Assembly: GCA_963707215.1 (NCBI GenBank) | Contig: CAVPPB010000003.1 | Coordinates: 512,001 to 576,000, forward strand | Length of the DNA stretch: 64,000 bases | Source: an uncultured Chloroflexia bacterium | GTDB lineage: Bacteria; Chloroflexota; Limnocylindria; Limnocylindrales; CSP1-4 | Direction of reading: 5' to 3' | Shown here: positions 39,548-50,300 of the stretch, one piece after another | How the letters are laid out: each line of letters begins with the position of its first letter | How positions within the stretch are numbered: position 1 is the first letter of the stretch | Notes under the pieces: generated by a model | Told to the model about the DNA's origin: nothing | The model's input: the letters and a program-made list of their open reading frames with translations, nothing else | Databases searched by the model: none | Program-made: the position numbers and the translations under genes

Positions 39548-39982
39548 ATGAGCGGGACGGCCGTCTCGACCCGGTTCTTGGTCGAGATCAACGGGACGGA
39601 GGAGGACTGGTCCCTCGGCGAGTGGAACAAGGTCGAGGGGATCGCCGTCGAACGCGACGTCCACGAGCAGCGCGAGGGCGGCCAGAACGACTTCGTCCAC
39701 CGGCTGCCGGGACGGGCCAAGTACCAGAACGTCAAGCTCAGCCGCCCCATCACCCAGGCGACCGCCGACGTGGCCGCCTGGGTGTCGCGGGTCCGAACCA
39801 TCGACCGGGCTACCACCGCCACGATCACCGTGCTCGACTCGGAGGGCGAGGAGGTCACCGCCTGGACGCTCCAGGCCGTCTTCCCGGCCCGATGGACCGG
39901 ACCGACCCTCGAGTCGGGAGCCAACCAGGTGGCCATCGAGGTCCTCGAGCTGGCTCACCACGGCTTCCTGCCGAGCGCCTGA
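39548..39982 (+). CDS. Second tube-like protein (gp19 family)
   Basis: EGGQNDFVHRLPGR.KY.NVKLSRP, W.L..VFP.RWTGP, IEVLELAHHGF. Confidence 0.9.
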   Translation: MSGTAVSTRFLVEINGTEEDWSLGEWNKVEGIAVERDVHEQREGGQNDFVHRLPGRAKYQNVKLSRPITQATADVAAWVSRVRTIDRATTATITVLDSEGEEVTAWTLQAVFPARWTGPTLESGANQVAIEVLELAHHGFLPSA

Positions 39983-39985
39983 GCC

Positions 39986-40672
39986 ATGGGCGAGACGGCG
40001 CTCGAGCGCGCGTTCCTCCGGGTCGTCGAGGGTGACGTCCCGGTGACGGAGATCGAGTTCCAGTTCAACCCGGCCGAGTACACGGTCACGAAGAGCTCGA
40101 ACTGGACCCGGCCCCGGATGAAGGGCGGGAAGAAGACGGGCAAGCCGGAGTTCAACGGCTCGAACCCGCAGACACTCCAGATGGAGATCTTCCTTGACCA
40201 GTCAGCCGGCGGCGTGGACGGCGTCCAGGCGGCCGTCGCCACCCTCCTGACCTGGGTCCTCCCCACCCCGTCCTCGGTCGCCAAGAAGAAGCCGCAGCCA
40301 CCGCTCTGCGTCTTCGAGTGGGGGCACAACGTCGCTCTTGTCGGCTTCCGGGCCTATCTCAAGCAGGTCAACGCCAAGTACCTGATGTTCGACCAGGACG
40401 GCAACCCGACCCGGGCGACGGCGACGATCACGCTCGAGGAGGCGCCGGTCGAGCCCGCCAAGCAGAACCCCACGTCGGGCGCGATCCGGGGCCGCCGGAG
40501 CCATCTGCTGATCGAGGGCGAGGATCTCGCCGGGCTGGCCTGGCGCGAGTACGACGACCCGGGGCTGTGGCGCGGCATCGCCGCCTTCAACGGCATCGAC
40601 GACCCACTCCGGGTGCGGCCGGGTACGCGGATCCTCATCCCGACCGCCGACGAAGCCCGGCGGCTGGCGTAG
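39986..40672 (+). CDS. CIS tube-initiator / LysM protein (Afp7-like)
   Basis: FQFNPAEY, F.WG, Y.MFD.DG.P.RA, QNPTSG, LysM-like WRGIA.FNGIDDP. Confidence 0.9.
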   Translation: MGETALERAFLRVVEGDVPVTEIEFQFNPAEYTVTKSSNWTRPRMKGGKKTGKPEFNGSNPQTLQMEIFLDQSAGGVDGVQAAVATLLTWVLPTPSSVAKKKPQPPLCVFEWGHNVALVGFRAYLKQVNAKYLMFDQDGNPTRATATITLEEAPVEPAKQNPTSGAIRGRRSHLLIEGEDLAGLAWREYDDPGLWRGIAAFNGIDDPLRVRPGTRILIPTADEARRLA

Positions 40673-40682
40673 GACGGGCGCG

Positions 40683-42398
40683 ATGACCGAGGCCTTCTCC
40701 CAGCAGCTCGAGGTCGAGATCGACGGCGGGCCGCTCGATCCCGCGGCCGAGGCCCTGCTCGAGGCGGTCGTGACCGACGACAGCACCCACGTCCCCGACA
40801 TGGTCGTGCTGACCTTCCGTGACGTCGAGCGGACCGTCCTCGAAACGGCCCGTATCCGGATCGGCTCGACGATCCGCATCCGGGCGACGCCGATCGGCGG
40901 CTCGGAGCCGATGTCCATCTTCGACGGCGAGGTGACCAGCCTCGAGGGCGAGTACACCGAGGCCGGGACCCTCGCGATCGTCCGCGGCTACGACCCATCG
41001 CATCGGCTCTTCCGGGGCGGCCACACGACCACGTATCTCGGCATGAAGGACTCGGACATCGCCGGCGATGTCGCTCGGCGAGCCGGTCTACGGGTGGGCA
41101 CGATCGACGATTCCGGACCGGTCCACGATCACGTCTCGCAGCACAACCAGACCGACATGGCCTTCCTCCGCGGGCGCGCCGCGGAGATCGGCTTCGAGGT
41201 CGGGGTCCGTGATGGGACGTTCGAGTTCCGGCGGCCGCAGCGCTCGACCGAGGGTCCGGCCGAGGGCGACTTCGAGTCGGACGACCCGCTCCAGCTGGTC
41301 TTCGGCCGAGATCTCCTCGAGTTCCGGCCCCGGGTGACCTCGTCGGGCCAGGTGAGCCGGGTCCAGGTCCGCGGCTGGGATCCCGGCGCCAAGGAGGGCG
41401 TCGTCGGCGAGGCGGATGCGACCACGACCTCGACCGATGTCCGCGACACGCCGGCCGATCTCGCCGCCGTGTTCGGGAACCCGGTCCTCGTGGCCACCGA
41501 GCGACCGCTCCGGACCCAGGCCGCGGTCGATGCTGCCGCCCAAGCCCTGGCCGAGGTCGTCGGCGGCGTCGCCGTCGAGGCCGAGGGCATCGCCCGTGGC
41601 AACCCGCGGATCAAGCCCGACGCGGCGGTCAGCGTCTCGGTCGTCGGCGAGCCGTTTGCCGGCCGCTACCTCGTCACCGCCGCCACCCACCGCTTCGACC
41701 GCCAGGGCTACCGGACGCGGTTCGTCGTCTCGGGCCGCACGGAGCGCTCGCTGCTCGGCCTGACCGGCGGCAACGGCCACGACGGCCACCTCGGTCGGGT
41801 CGAGGGTGTGGTCTGCGCCCTGGTCACCAACAACGACGACCCCGATCGGCTCGGGCGGGTCAAGCTCAAGTTCCCCTGGCTGTCCGACGACTACGAGTCC
41901 GACTGGTCCCGCCTCGCGACGCCGGGCGCCGGCCCCGACTCCGGCGTGACCTTCCTGCCCCAGGTCAACGACGAGGTCCTCGTCGCGTTCGAGCAGGGCG
42001 AGATCCAGCGCCCGTACGTCCTTGGTGGTCTCTGGAATGGCGTGGACAAGCCACGCCTCGGGGACGGGCTCGTGGACAACGGAGCCATCAACCGCCGCGG
42101 GATCGTCTCCCGGCGCGGGCATCGGTTCGTCCTCTTCGACGGCCAGGGCGACTCGGGGATCGCGCTGCTGACGTCAGACGACCGGCTCAGCATCGCCCTC
42201 CACGAGACCGGGACCGAGATCCATGTCCGCTCCGACGGGACGATCCTCATCGAGGGCACCCGCGACATCACGGTCAAGAGCTCGGCCAACGTGAGCGTCG
42301 AGGCGAGCGGGACGCTGACGCTCAAGGGTCAGGGCGGCGTGACCATCACCTCGAGCGGCGTCGTCGACATCGACGGCTCGGTCATCCAGCTGAACTGA
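40683..42398 (+). CDS. vgrG: VgrG-like spike protein
   Basis: Q.NQTD..FL..RA, OB-fold VTNNDDPDRLGRVKLKFPWL, FLPQVNDEVLVAFEQG...PYVLGGLWNG. Confidence 0.92.
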   Translation: MTEAFSQQLEVEIDGGPLDPAAEALLEAVVTDDSTHVPDMVVLTFRDVERTVLETARIRIGSTIRIRATPIGGSEPMSIFDGEVTSLEGEYTEAGTLAIVRGYDPSHRLFRGGHTTTYLGMKDSDIAGDVARRAGLRVGTIDDSGPVHDHVSQHNQTDMAFLRGRAAEIGFEVGVRDGTFEFRRPQRSTEGPAEGDFESDDPLQLVFGRDLLEFRPRVTSSGQVSRVQVRGWDPGAKEGVVGEADATTTSTDVRDTPADLAAVFGNPVLVATERPLRTQAAVDAAAQALAEVVGGVAVEAEGIARGNPRIKPDAAVSVSVVGEPFAGRYLVTAATHRFDRQGYRTRFVVSGRTERSLLGLTGGNGHDGHLGRVEGVVCALVTNNDDPDRLGRVKLKFPWLSDDYESDWSRLATPGAGPDSGVTFLPQVNDEVLVAFEQGEIQRPYVLGGLWNGVDKPRLGDGLVDNGAINRRGIVSRRGHRFVLFDGQGDSGIALLTSDDRLSIALHETGTEIHVRSDGTILIEGTRDITVKSSANVSVEASGTLTLKGQGGVTITSSGVVDIDGSVIQLN

Positions 42399-42407
42399 GG
42401 GTCCAAG

Positions 42408-42791
42408 GTGGGTTCGCCGGCGATCGTCATGAACGACCGGATCCAGGGGATGTGCGCCCACCAGATCCCCAACCCCGCCTCGGGCATCCCCCAGCCATCC
42501 GGCCCGTTGCCCTTCAGTGCCCCGGTCACCCTGGGAACCCAGGCGACGGTCCTCGTCGGCGGCAGACCCGCCGCCGTCATGGGCTCGTCGGGACTCAACA
42601 CGCCGCCGCACGTCGGTCTCCACGCCAGCGACCCGTACCTGGCCCCGCCGATGCAGGTCGGACGGATCGTCTCGGGCAGCCCGACGGTCCTGGTCGGCGG
42701 CCAGCCGGCCGCGACCGCCAGCTCGTCGGCGACCTGCTGCGCGACGCCGGGCAGCCTCGTCCCCACGGTCACGACCGTGCTCATCGGCTAG
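42408..42791 (+). CDS. PAAR-like spike tip protein
   Basis: TVLVGGRPAA, GSPTVLVGGQPAA, TVLIG; Cys/His ligands. Confidence 0.88.
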   Translation: MGSPAIVMNDRIQGMCAHQIPNPASGIPQPSGPLPFSAPVTLGTQATVLVGGRPAAVMGSSGLNTPPHVGLHASDPYLAPPMQVGRIVSGSPTVLVGGQPAATASSSATCCATPGSLVPTVTTVLIG

Positions 42792-42803
42792 GAGGTGAAG
42801 GAC

Positions 42804-43202
42804 GTGAGCAGCGAGTTCGTCGGCTCGGGCTGGGGCTTCCCGGTCGATGTCGACGCCACTGGCGGGGTCCGCCTCGTCAGCGAGCAGGTCGAGATCGAGC
42901 AGAGCATCCGGCTCATCCTGTCCACCGCCCCCGGCGAGCGACCGATGCGGCCGGAGTTCGGCTGCTCCATCCACGACCACGTCTTCGACAGCGTCGACGG
43001 TCGGACGACCGGGCGCGTCGTCTACGCCGTCCGCGAAGCCCTCCGCCGCTGGGAGCCCCGGATCGACGTCCTCGACATCTCGGTCGGTCGCCATCCGACC
43101 GAGGCGGACGCCGTCCTGCTCGACATCCGCTACACGATCAGCGACTCGAACGATCCCCGGAACCTCGTGTTCCCCTTCTACATCATCCCGGGCGAGGGCT
43201 GA
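42804..43202 (+). CDS. GPW/gp25 baseplate protein
   Basis: GWGFP, IEQSIRLILST.PGER.MRPEFGC, WEPRI, NLVFPFY. Confidence 0.93.
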   Translation: MSSEFVGSGWGFPVDVDATGGVRLVSEQVEIEQSIRLILSTAPGERPMRPEFGCSIHDHVFDSVDGRTTGRVVYAVREALRRWEPRIDVLDISVGRHPTEADAVLLDIRYTISDSNDPRNLVFPFYIIPGEG

Positions 43203-43232
43203 CCCCGCCGGCCACAAGGGAGCGCAGCAACG

Positions 43233-45182
43233 ATGGCCCTGCCCGTCCCGAACCTCGACGATCGCCGCTTCCAGGACCTCGTCGACGACGCCAAGCGGCT
43301 GATCGCCCAGCGCTGCCCCGAGTGGACCGACCACAACGTCCACGACCCCGGCGTCACGCTGGTCGAGCTGTTCGCCTTCATGACCGACCAGCTGCTGTAC
43401 CGGCTGAACCGGGTCCCCGATCGTCAGTACGTCGCCTTCCTCGACCTGCTCGGCGTGCGCCTGTTCCCGCCGACCGCCGCCGGGACCGCGCTGACCTTCT
43501 GGCTGTCGGCCCCGCAGCCGGACACGATCCGGATCCCGACCGGGACCCAGGCGGCCACGATCCGGACGGAGACCGACGAGGCGATCATCTTCGAGACGAC
43601 CGACGACCTCGTGATCCCGAGGACCGAGCTGCGGGTGGTCCGCTCGAGCCTCGACGGCAAGGCCTACCGCGACCATGCCGAGGCGCTCGCTCGCCGCACG
43701 CCCTTCTACTGCTTCGACGACGTGCCGGCACCGGGCAACGCCCTGTACGTCGGCCTGTCCGAGCCGGCCCCGTCGAGCGCGGTGCTGCTCCGCTTCAGCT
43801 GTGACATCGAGGGCGTCGGCGTCGATCCCGAGCGACCGCCGCTGGCCTGGGAGGCCTGGGACGGCGACGAGTGGGTGGCCTGTGAGCTGGAGCGAGATGA
43901 GACCGGCGGGCTCAACCGCGACGGCGACGTCGTGCTCCACGTGCCGCGCGGCCACGCCGCCTCGATGGTCGACCGCGAGCGGGCCGGCTGGATCCGGGCC
44001 CGGGTCGTCGAGGCCGAGGCGGATCAGCCCACCTACAGCGCCTCGCCGTCGATCGGCGGGCTGACCGCGACGACGATCGGCGGGACGGTGACGGCGGTGA
44101 ACGCCCAGCTCGTCGACCTCGACGAGTTGGGCAGCTCCGAGGGGGTGCCCGGGCAGCGGTTCGAGGTCCGGCGTCGCCCGATCGTGCCGGCCGGCAGGCC
44201 CCCGGTCCTCGAGGTCGTCGGCGACGACGGCGAGCCCGTCGAGTGGATCCTCGTCGAGGACTTCGCCTCGTCGGGTCCGACCGATCCACACTTCGCCCTC
44301 GACCCGGTGACCGGCGAGGTCCGCCTGGGACCGGCCGTCCGCGATGTCGACGGCTCGCTCGTCCACTACGGCGCCGTCCCAGCGAAGAACGCGGTGCTGC
44401 GCCTCCGCGGCTACCGGAGCGGCGGCGGGGAGCGCGGCAACGTCGCCGCACGGGCGATCAGCGTCCTGCGCTCGTCGATCCCCTACGTCAGCCGGGTCGA
44501 GAACCGGCGGGCCGCGACGGGCGGCGTCGACGGCGAGCGGATCGAGAACGCGAAGGCCCGGGGACCGATGCTCCTGCGGACCCGCGGCCGGGCGGTGACA
44601 GCGGACGACTTCGAGCACCTCGCCAGGAGCGCCGCTCCCGAAGTGGCCCGGGTCAAGGCGGTGCCGGCCGCCGACCCGGCCGAGGCCGGGGCCGTCCGGG
44701 TGCTGGTCGTGCCGGCGGTCTCCGGCCCGGACGGCCGGCTGGCCTTCGAGCAGCTGGTCCCGCCTGAATCGACGATGCAGCGGATCACCGACCGCCTCGA
44801 GGGGGCCCGGGTCATCGGGACCAGGGTGGTGGTCGAGCCGCCTGTCTACCGCGGCGTGACCGTGGTCGCCAAGCTACGGGCCCGGCCGCGGACCAACCCG
44901 ACCCGCCTGTCCGATCATGCCCTCGAGACTCTCTACCGCTACCTGCACCCGATCGAGGGAGGCCCGGACGGCGACGGCTGGCCGTTCGGTCGGCCCGTCT
45001 CGGCGGCCGAGCTGCACGCGGTGCTGCAGCGGCTACGTGGGACGGAGCTCGTTGACGACCTGCGGCTCTTCGGCGCGGATCCGGTGACGGGGCAGCGCGG
45101 CCAGGCCACGACGCGCCTAGAGCTCGAGCCGACGGCGCTGGTCTTCTCGTACGAGCACCAGGTGCTCGTGGAGGCCGGTTGA
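43233..45182 (+). CDS. Baseplate J-like assembly protein
   Basis: LPVPNLDDRRFQDLVD, PEWTDHNVHDPGVTL, RAVTADDFE, GWPFGR. Confidence 0.94.
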   Translation: MALPVPNLDDRRFQDLVDDAKRLIAQRCPEWTDHNVHDPGVTLVELFAFMTDQLLYRLNRVPDRQYVAFLDLLGVRLFPPTAAGTALTFWLSAPQPDTIRIPTGTQAATIRTETDEAIIFETTDDLVIPRTELRVVRSSLDGKAYRDHAEALARRTPFYCFDDVPAPGNALYVGLSEPAPSSAVLLRFSCDIEGVGVDPERPPLAWEAWDGDEWVACELERDETGGLNRDGDVVLHVPRGHAASMVDRERAGWIRARVVEAEADQPTYSASPSIGGLTATTIGGTVTAVNAQLVDLDELGSSEGVPGQRFEVRRRPIVPAGRPPVLEVVGDDGEPVEWILVEDFASSGPTDPHFALDPVTGEVRLGPAVRDVDGSLVHYGAVPAKNAVLRLRGYRSGGGERGNVAARAISVLRSSIPYVSRVENRRAATGGVDGERIENAKARGPMLLRTRGRAVTADDFEHLARSAAPEVARVKAVPAADPAEAGAVRVLVVPAVSGPDGRLAFEQLVPPESTMQRITDRLEGARVIGTRVVVEPPVYRGVTVVAKLRARPRTNPTRLSDHALETLYRYLHPIEGGPDGDGWPFGRPVSAAELHAVLQRLRGTELVDDLRLFGADPVTGQRGQATTRLELEPTALVFSYEHQVLVEAG

Positions 45183-45183
45183 G

Positions 45184-45831
45184 ATGCGCGGGATGGTGCC
45201 AGGGCTCATCAATCCCCATCCCCTGGGCCGGGGTCTCCCGGGCGTCTACCAGGAAGAGGATCCGTTCACCATGCGGATGACCGAGGCGCTGGACGAGGTG
45301 CTCGCCCCGGTGGTCTCGACGCTCGACAATCTGCCCGCGTACTTCGATCCGCATCTTGCGCCGGAGGACTTCGTGGGATGGCTGGCTGGGTGGGTGGCCT
45401 TCGAGCTCGACGAGACCTGGCCGATCGCGACGCGCCGAGAGGCGGTGGCCCGCGCGGTCGACCTCCTGCAACGTCGCGGCACGGCCGGTGGGCTGGCCGA
45501 CGAGATCACCCTCGTCACCGGTGGCGAGGCCGAGATCGTCGAGAACGGGGGGACCGCCTGGTCCCTCGACCCTGGCAGCGAGATGGTCGGCTCCCGGAAG
45601 CCGTCGCTTCTCGTGCGGGTACGGGTCAAGGATGCGGCCGCGGTCGATGCCGAGCGCCTCGACCGCATCGTCCGGGCGGCCAAGCCCGCCCACGTACCGC
45701 ACCGGGTCGAGGTCATCGGCGGCGATGCCGAGCCGAAGGCCAGGCGCAAGCCGACACCGGACGCGTCGTCGGGCCAGCATGCCAAGGCCGAGCCGACAGC
45801 TCCTCCGCCAGAGGAGGGTGCCGATGGCTGA
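45184..45831 (+). CDS. Phage tail protein (P2 gpI-like baseplate wedge)
   Basis: LPGVYQE, LDNLPAYFDP..AP.DF..WLAGW, RRGTA.GL, KPAH. Confidence 0.9.
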   Translation: MRGMVPGLINPHPLGRGLPGVYQEEDPFTMRMTEALDEVLAPVVSTLDNLPAYFDPHLAPEDFVGWLAGWVAFELDETWPIATRREAVARAVDLLQRRGTAGGLADEITLVTGGEAEIVENGGTAWSLDPGSEMVGSRKPSLLVRVRVKDAAAVDAERLDRIVRAAKPAHVPHRVEVIGGDAEPKARRKPTPDASSGQHAKAEPTAPPPEEGADG

Positions 45832-45964
45832 TGAAGCTGACGGAACGGCAGGCACGCGTCGAGGGCCGCGCTGACGGCGAGGTGCAACGCGTACGCCGGA
45901 CGCCATCGGTGCCCGCACCGATGCGGCTCGGTCACCGTATCCTTGACAGCGACCTCGTGACCGA

Positions 45965-47323
45965 GTGGAGCCAGCCGAGTTGATCGTCTGCGGGAACTGC
46001 GGCCATCGCAACGAGGAGTCCGATGCATTCTGCGGGAGCTGCGGCCAGTTCCTGGAGTGGGTCGGGCGACGTGAAGCTGCCGGCGGGGAGCTGACCGGCC
46101 CGGAGCCGGAGCCGGAGCTAGCGCCCGAGCCGGAGCCTGAACCGGAGCCGGAGCCGGAGCCGGAGCTAGCGCCCGAGCCGGAGCCCGCGCCCGCGCCCGA
46201 GCCGGAGCCTGAACCGGTGCCGGTGCCGGAGCCGGAGCCTGAACCGGAGCCGGAGCCGGAGCCGGAGCCTGAACCGGAGCCGGAGCCGGAGCCGGAGTCG
46301 GCTCTCCGACGCGGGCGGCCCGCCACGGCCGTCGCTATCACGCGTGGTCCAGAGCTTGCGCCCTCGACGGCGCCCCCACCTCCGCCGGACCGCGAGCCTG
46401 GTCTGGTCCGCGAGACGTCCGTCCAGCCGGGCCCTGTCCAGCCCGCCGCCCGTCGCCCCGAGCCGGCGGCCCAGGCGCCGGATCAGCCGGAAGCCCGCAA
46501 GCCGACCGCAGCCGTCGCTGCCCCACCGCGGCCCCGCCCATCGGCGGCGGCGCCCCGCCGCGAGGCGAAGCCCGGCGACCTCATCTGCTCTTCGTGCGCC
46601 GAGCCGAACGACCCGAGCCGCAAGTTCTGCCGGCGCTGCGGGACCAGCCTCGCGACCGCGATCGTCGAGAAGCCGCTGCCGTGGTGGCGGCGGATCTTCC
46701 GTCGCCAGCCGAAGGTGTACGCGGCCGGCGAGCGGACTGGTCGGATGCAGCGCGGCGAACGTCGGTCGGGTCGCCTCGCCACGAGGTCGATCGTCGGGCT
46801 GCTCTTCATCGTCCTGGTCGGTGCCGGCGTCATCGGATTCGTCGCCGTCCCGTCGTTCCGTCAGATGGTCACTGACGCTGTGTCGCCCGCCCTCGATCAG
46901 GTGCGCCGGATCGTGGCGCCTGAGCTCGCGATCGAGCGCCCCGTCTCCGTGGCCAGCGACGACCAGCTGCCCGACCATCCCGTCAGCCTGCTCTTCGACT
47001 CGTTCACGAACACCGATTGGCGGGCAGCTGGCAGCGCTCCGACCGTGGTGGTCGAGTTCGACGAACCGGTCGATCTCGGTGCGATCATCGTCCACTCAGG
47101 CTCATCCGACGGCTTCGTGGACCTTCGCCGACCCGCCGTCTTGACCATCGTGTTGCCCGATGGCGCGACCACCTCTCTGCAGCTCGAGGACGTCCATGAT
47201 CCGCAACGGTTCGACCTGTCGGGCTCGGCGGTCGACCGGCTGGAGATCCGGGTCAGCGAGACGAATGGACCCGCCGGCGCGGCCGTTGCGCTGTCCGAGA
47301 TCGAGTTGTTCGCGCAGCGCTGA
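45965..47323 (+). CDS. Zinc-ribbon / (EP)n / zinc-ribbon / TM / discoidin-like protein; CisA-like paralog 2
   Basis: CGNC..N...FCGSCG.FLEW, CSSC..N...[40 protein letters not shown]. Confidence 0.88.
   Translation: MEPAELIVCGNCGHRNEESDAFCGSCGQFLEWVGRREAAGGELTGPEPEPELAPEPEPEPEPEPEPELAPEPEPAPAPEPEPEPVPVPEPEPEPEPEPEPEPEPEPEPEPESALRRGRPATAVAITRGPELAPSTAPPPPPDREPGLVRETSVQPGPVQPAARRPEPAAQAPDQPEARKPTAAVAAPPRPRPSAAAPRREAKPGDLICSSCAEPNDPSRKFCRRCGTSLATAIVEKPLPWWRRIFRRQPKVYAAGERTGRMQRGERRSGRLATRSIVGLLFIVLVGAGVIGFVAVPSFRQMVTDAVSPALDQVRRIVAPELAIERPVSVASDDQLPDHPVSLLFDSFTNTDWRAAGSAPTVVVEFDEPVDLGAIIVHSGSSDGFVDLRRPAVLTIVLPDGATTSLQLEDVHDPQRFDLSGSAVDRLEIRVSETNGPAGAAVALSEIELFAQR
46100..46297 (+). repeat. Imperfect 6-bp coding tandem repeat (CCGGAG)n encoding a (PE)n tract
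   Basis: Read directly from the sequence. Confidence 0.9.
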
Positions 47324-50300
47324 TCAGGAGGCCCCGAGCACGGCATCGGAGACGCCGAGCGCGGCCAGGATCGCCAGGTACTCCTCACGGTCACGACGGG
47401 CGGCCCCGACGTCGCCGGCCTGCTCTCGTGCCTGGATCAGCAACCGCCACAGCCGGTCGTCGTAGCGGTCGTGCTGCAGGCCGATGCGACATGTGCGGAT
47501 GGCATCGGCTGGCTCGTCGCGCAGGAGGGCGTCCTCGGCCAGGCTTCGGGCGGCCTCGACCACGTCGGCGCGGTACCGCTCGCGCCGCTCGACCACCCAG
47601 TCGGCCGGACCGTCCTCGGGCAGGAGCTCGCCCTGGTAGAGCTGGATCGCCCGCTCGAACCCCTCGCGAGGATCCCGTCCGGCCGCCAGCGCCGCCCGGC
47701 CGCGCTCCATCGCATCGTCGAAGCGGACGAGGTCGATGACCGCGATCGGCAGGGCGAGACGGTAGGCATCGCCCTCGCGGATGAGCGACCTGGTCCCCTC
47801 GCCATCGCCGAGCTCGCCGAACCAGGCCCGAAGGCTGGAGACGGCCACGTGCAGGCTGTGGGCCGCCGTGCGCGGATCGACGTCGTGCCAGAGCGCCTCG
47901 AGGATCACGTCGCGATGGACCGGGACGCCGGCCTGGACCGCCAGCAGCCGGAGCAGCGCCCTCGCACGCGGCTTGACCGCGTCAAGCGCGACGGGTCGGC
48001 CGTCCCGCTCGATCGCGAAGCCGCCGAGCGTCCGGATCCGGATCGCCTCGGCGTGTCCCGGCGGTCCGGCTCGCTCCGCGGCCGGGATCGCCCGATGTGG
48101 CGAGTTGCCGCTGCAGACGGTGTCGCCCTGGTCCGGGCATGCCGCGGCGGGTGCCACCAGCCCCGTCTCGTGGGCGACGGCCTCAGCAAGCTCCTCGAAC
48201 TCGATCCGCCGCGACGGGTCCGTGACCGCCAGGGCGCGATAGGCGATAGCCCTGACCCCGGGCGTCCCGGTCGTACGGGCGAAGCTCTCGGCGGCGAAGG
48301 CGGCTTCGCGGGCTCCGTCGAGCCCGGCCTCGGCCTGCCCGAGCGCCAGCAGGCCTCGAGCCCAGGCCTCGAGGACGCCGGTCCCGAGCCGCCGGAACCC
48401 TGCAACGGCACGGCTTGCCGCGTCGATCCGTCGACCGGCACCCGAAGTACCACCGTCGGTCGTTGGCGACCAAGCCTCGAGCAATTCGAGCAGGGCCACA
48501 CCCCACGGATCCTCGTCGATCAGCATCGCCGGCCCGGCGGTCTCCCCTCCCGATCGCGGGGACACCGAGCGGGCGCGGCTGCCGGCGGCAAGGCGGCCCG
48601 TGGCGACTGCCAACCGAGCCAGCCAGGGTGACCCAGATCGCTCTGCCGCGGCGGCGGCCGCGTCGATGAGGGCGGATCCCGTCGGGTCGCCCGACAGGAC
48701 CGCCGCGACCCCGTCGGCCAGGGCGGCCGCCACGGGCAGCGGGCCGGACGCTCGGGCGTCTTCGGCGGCTGCCCCGAGGAGCTCGCGGGCCAGGACCGGC
48801 TCGCCGGCGGCGAGGCGGAGGAGTCCGGCTACGAGCCGAGCCGACGGGTCGTCGTCGCGGGCCGTGACGCGGGCCACCGCAAGGGGCTCGCGCATGAGTC
48901 CCACCCGGAGATCGCGGGTCCGATCGGCCGGGGCCACCGCGAGCGGGTCGAGCCAGGCGGCAAGGACCAGCCGCTCGTGGCGACAGGCGGCCGCGGTCGG
49001 CGCGTCACCGAAGGCAGCCTCGGCCCGGGCGAAGCCCGCGATCGCTGCCGACCAGCGGCCCGAGGCCCGGGCCTGCCGAGCTGCCGCCAGCGCAAGCCAC
49101 GGCTCGTCACGCAGGAGGGACGCGGGCACCGACTCGAGCGCGGTCGATCCACCCGAGGCGAGCCGCTCGCCGTGGCCGCCGGCCAGTCGGCGCACGGCAT
49201 CCCAGTCCTCGGCCCGGCAGTAGGAGGTGAGCGCCTCGGCGATGGCGCCGGCCTCCTCGAGCAGGGAGCCGGCACGGACGTAGCGGTCGCGGGCCGCCGC
49301 CTCTCCGAGTGCCTCGACCAGGCGCCGATCGAGGTACGAGCGGAAGATCTCGTGGAAGCGGTAGCCGCCTTCGTCGTCGTCGATCTCAACGGTGAAGATC
49401 TGGCGCCTGACCAACTCCTCGAGAAGGGCGCTGCTGCCGTGGCGACCCAGCAGACGGTCACACAGGCTCCCGGTCAGGCGGCCGAGCACGCAGGCCTCGA
49501 CCAGGAAGCCGCGCAACTCTTCTGGCAGCTCGGCCATGACATTGGCAGCGAGGTACTCGCGGACGAGACGCCCACTCGGTCCGACCCCGGACAGGATCCG
49601 CCGGCGTTCGTCGGCCGACTTGCCTCGGGTCGCCAGGTGATAGAGCTGCAATCCGGCTGCCCAGCCCTCGGTCCGACGGGCGAGGACGGCCAGGTCGCTC
49701 GGCGGGACCGGGTCGTGGTAGTGATCGCGGAAGAGCTGCTCGACCTCCCATGCTCGGAACCGAAGGTCGTCGGCGCCGACCTCGACCAGATCGTCGGCGA
49801 CGCGAAGTCGGGATACGTTGAAGCCGGGGGCCACCCGGGACCCGACAAGGATCGCCAGCCAGCCGGGTGCGTAGTCGATGAAGCGGGCGAGGACTGCCTC
49901 CGCGTCCGTCCCTTCGAGGGCGTGCAGGTCGTCGACCACCAGCAGGGCCGGTCCGGCCCCGCGAGCATCGAGGGCGGCCGCCGCATCCTCGACCCGAGGC
50001 CACCCGCTCGCGAGGTCCGGCATCGCCGCGCGCAAGGCTCCCTCCAGATGCCGAACGAGCGCAGTCTCGTCGGCGTCCCAGGGCTCCGCCCGGTACCAGG
50101 CGACCGGCGCGGCGCTCGCCGCCGCGAAGTCGGCGAGGAGAGTCGTCTTGCCCGAGCCAGCTGGAGCGACGATGACGCCCAGCCGACGGCCCCAGATGGC
50201 CTCGAGTCGGCGATGGAGTCGTTCGCGACGCAGTCCATCGGCGGACGGGGGCCGGACCTTCGCGGGAACGACCGCGACCAGCGGGCGAGAAGCCCCACCC

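Noticed and set aside
46100-46297. Tandem repeats (also 23440-23511 and 30258-30461) as a CRISPR array
   Set aside because: They have no unique spacers, unit lengths are multiples of three inside coding frames, and no cas genes are present.
35025-47323. Prophage or canonical T6SS
   Set aside because: No capsid, portal, terminase or integrase genes, and no TssJLM, TssK or ClpV. DUF4255, the Afp15-like ATPase and DUF4157 indicate a CIS.
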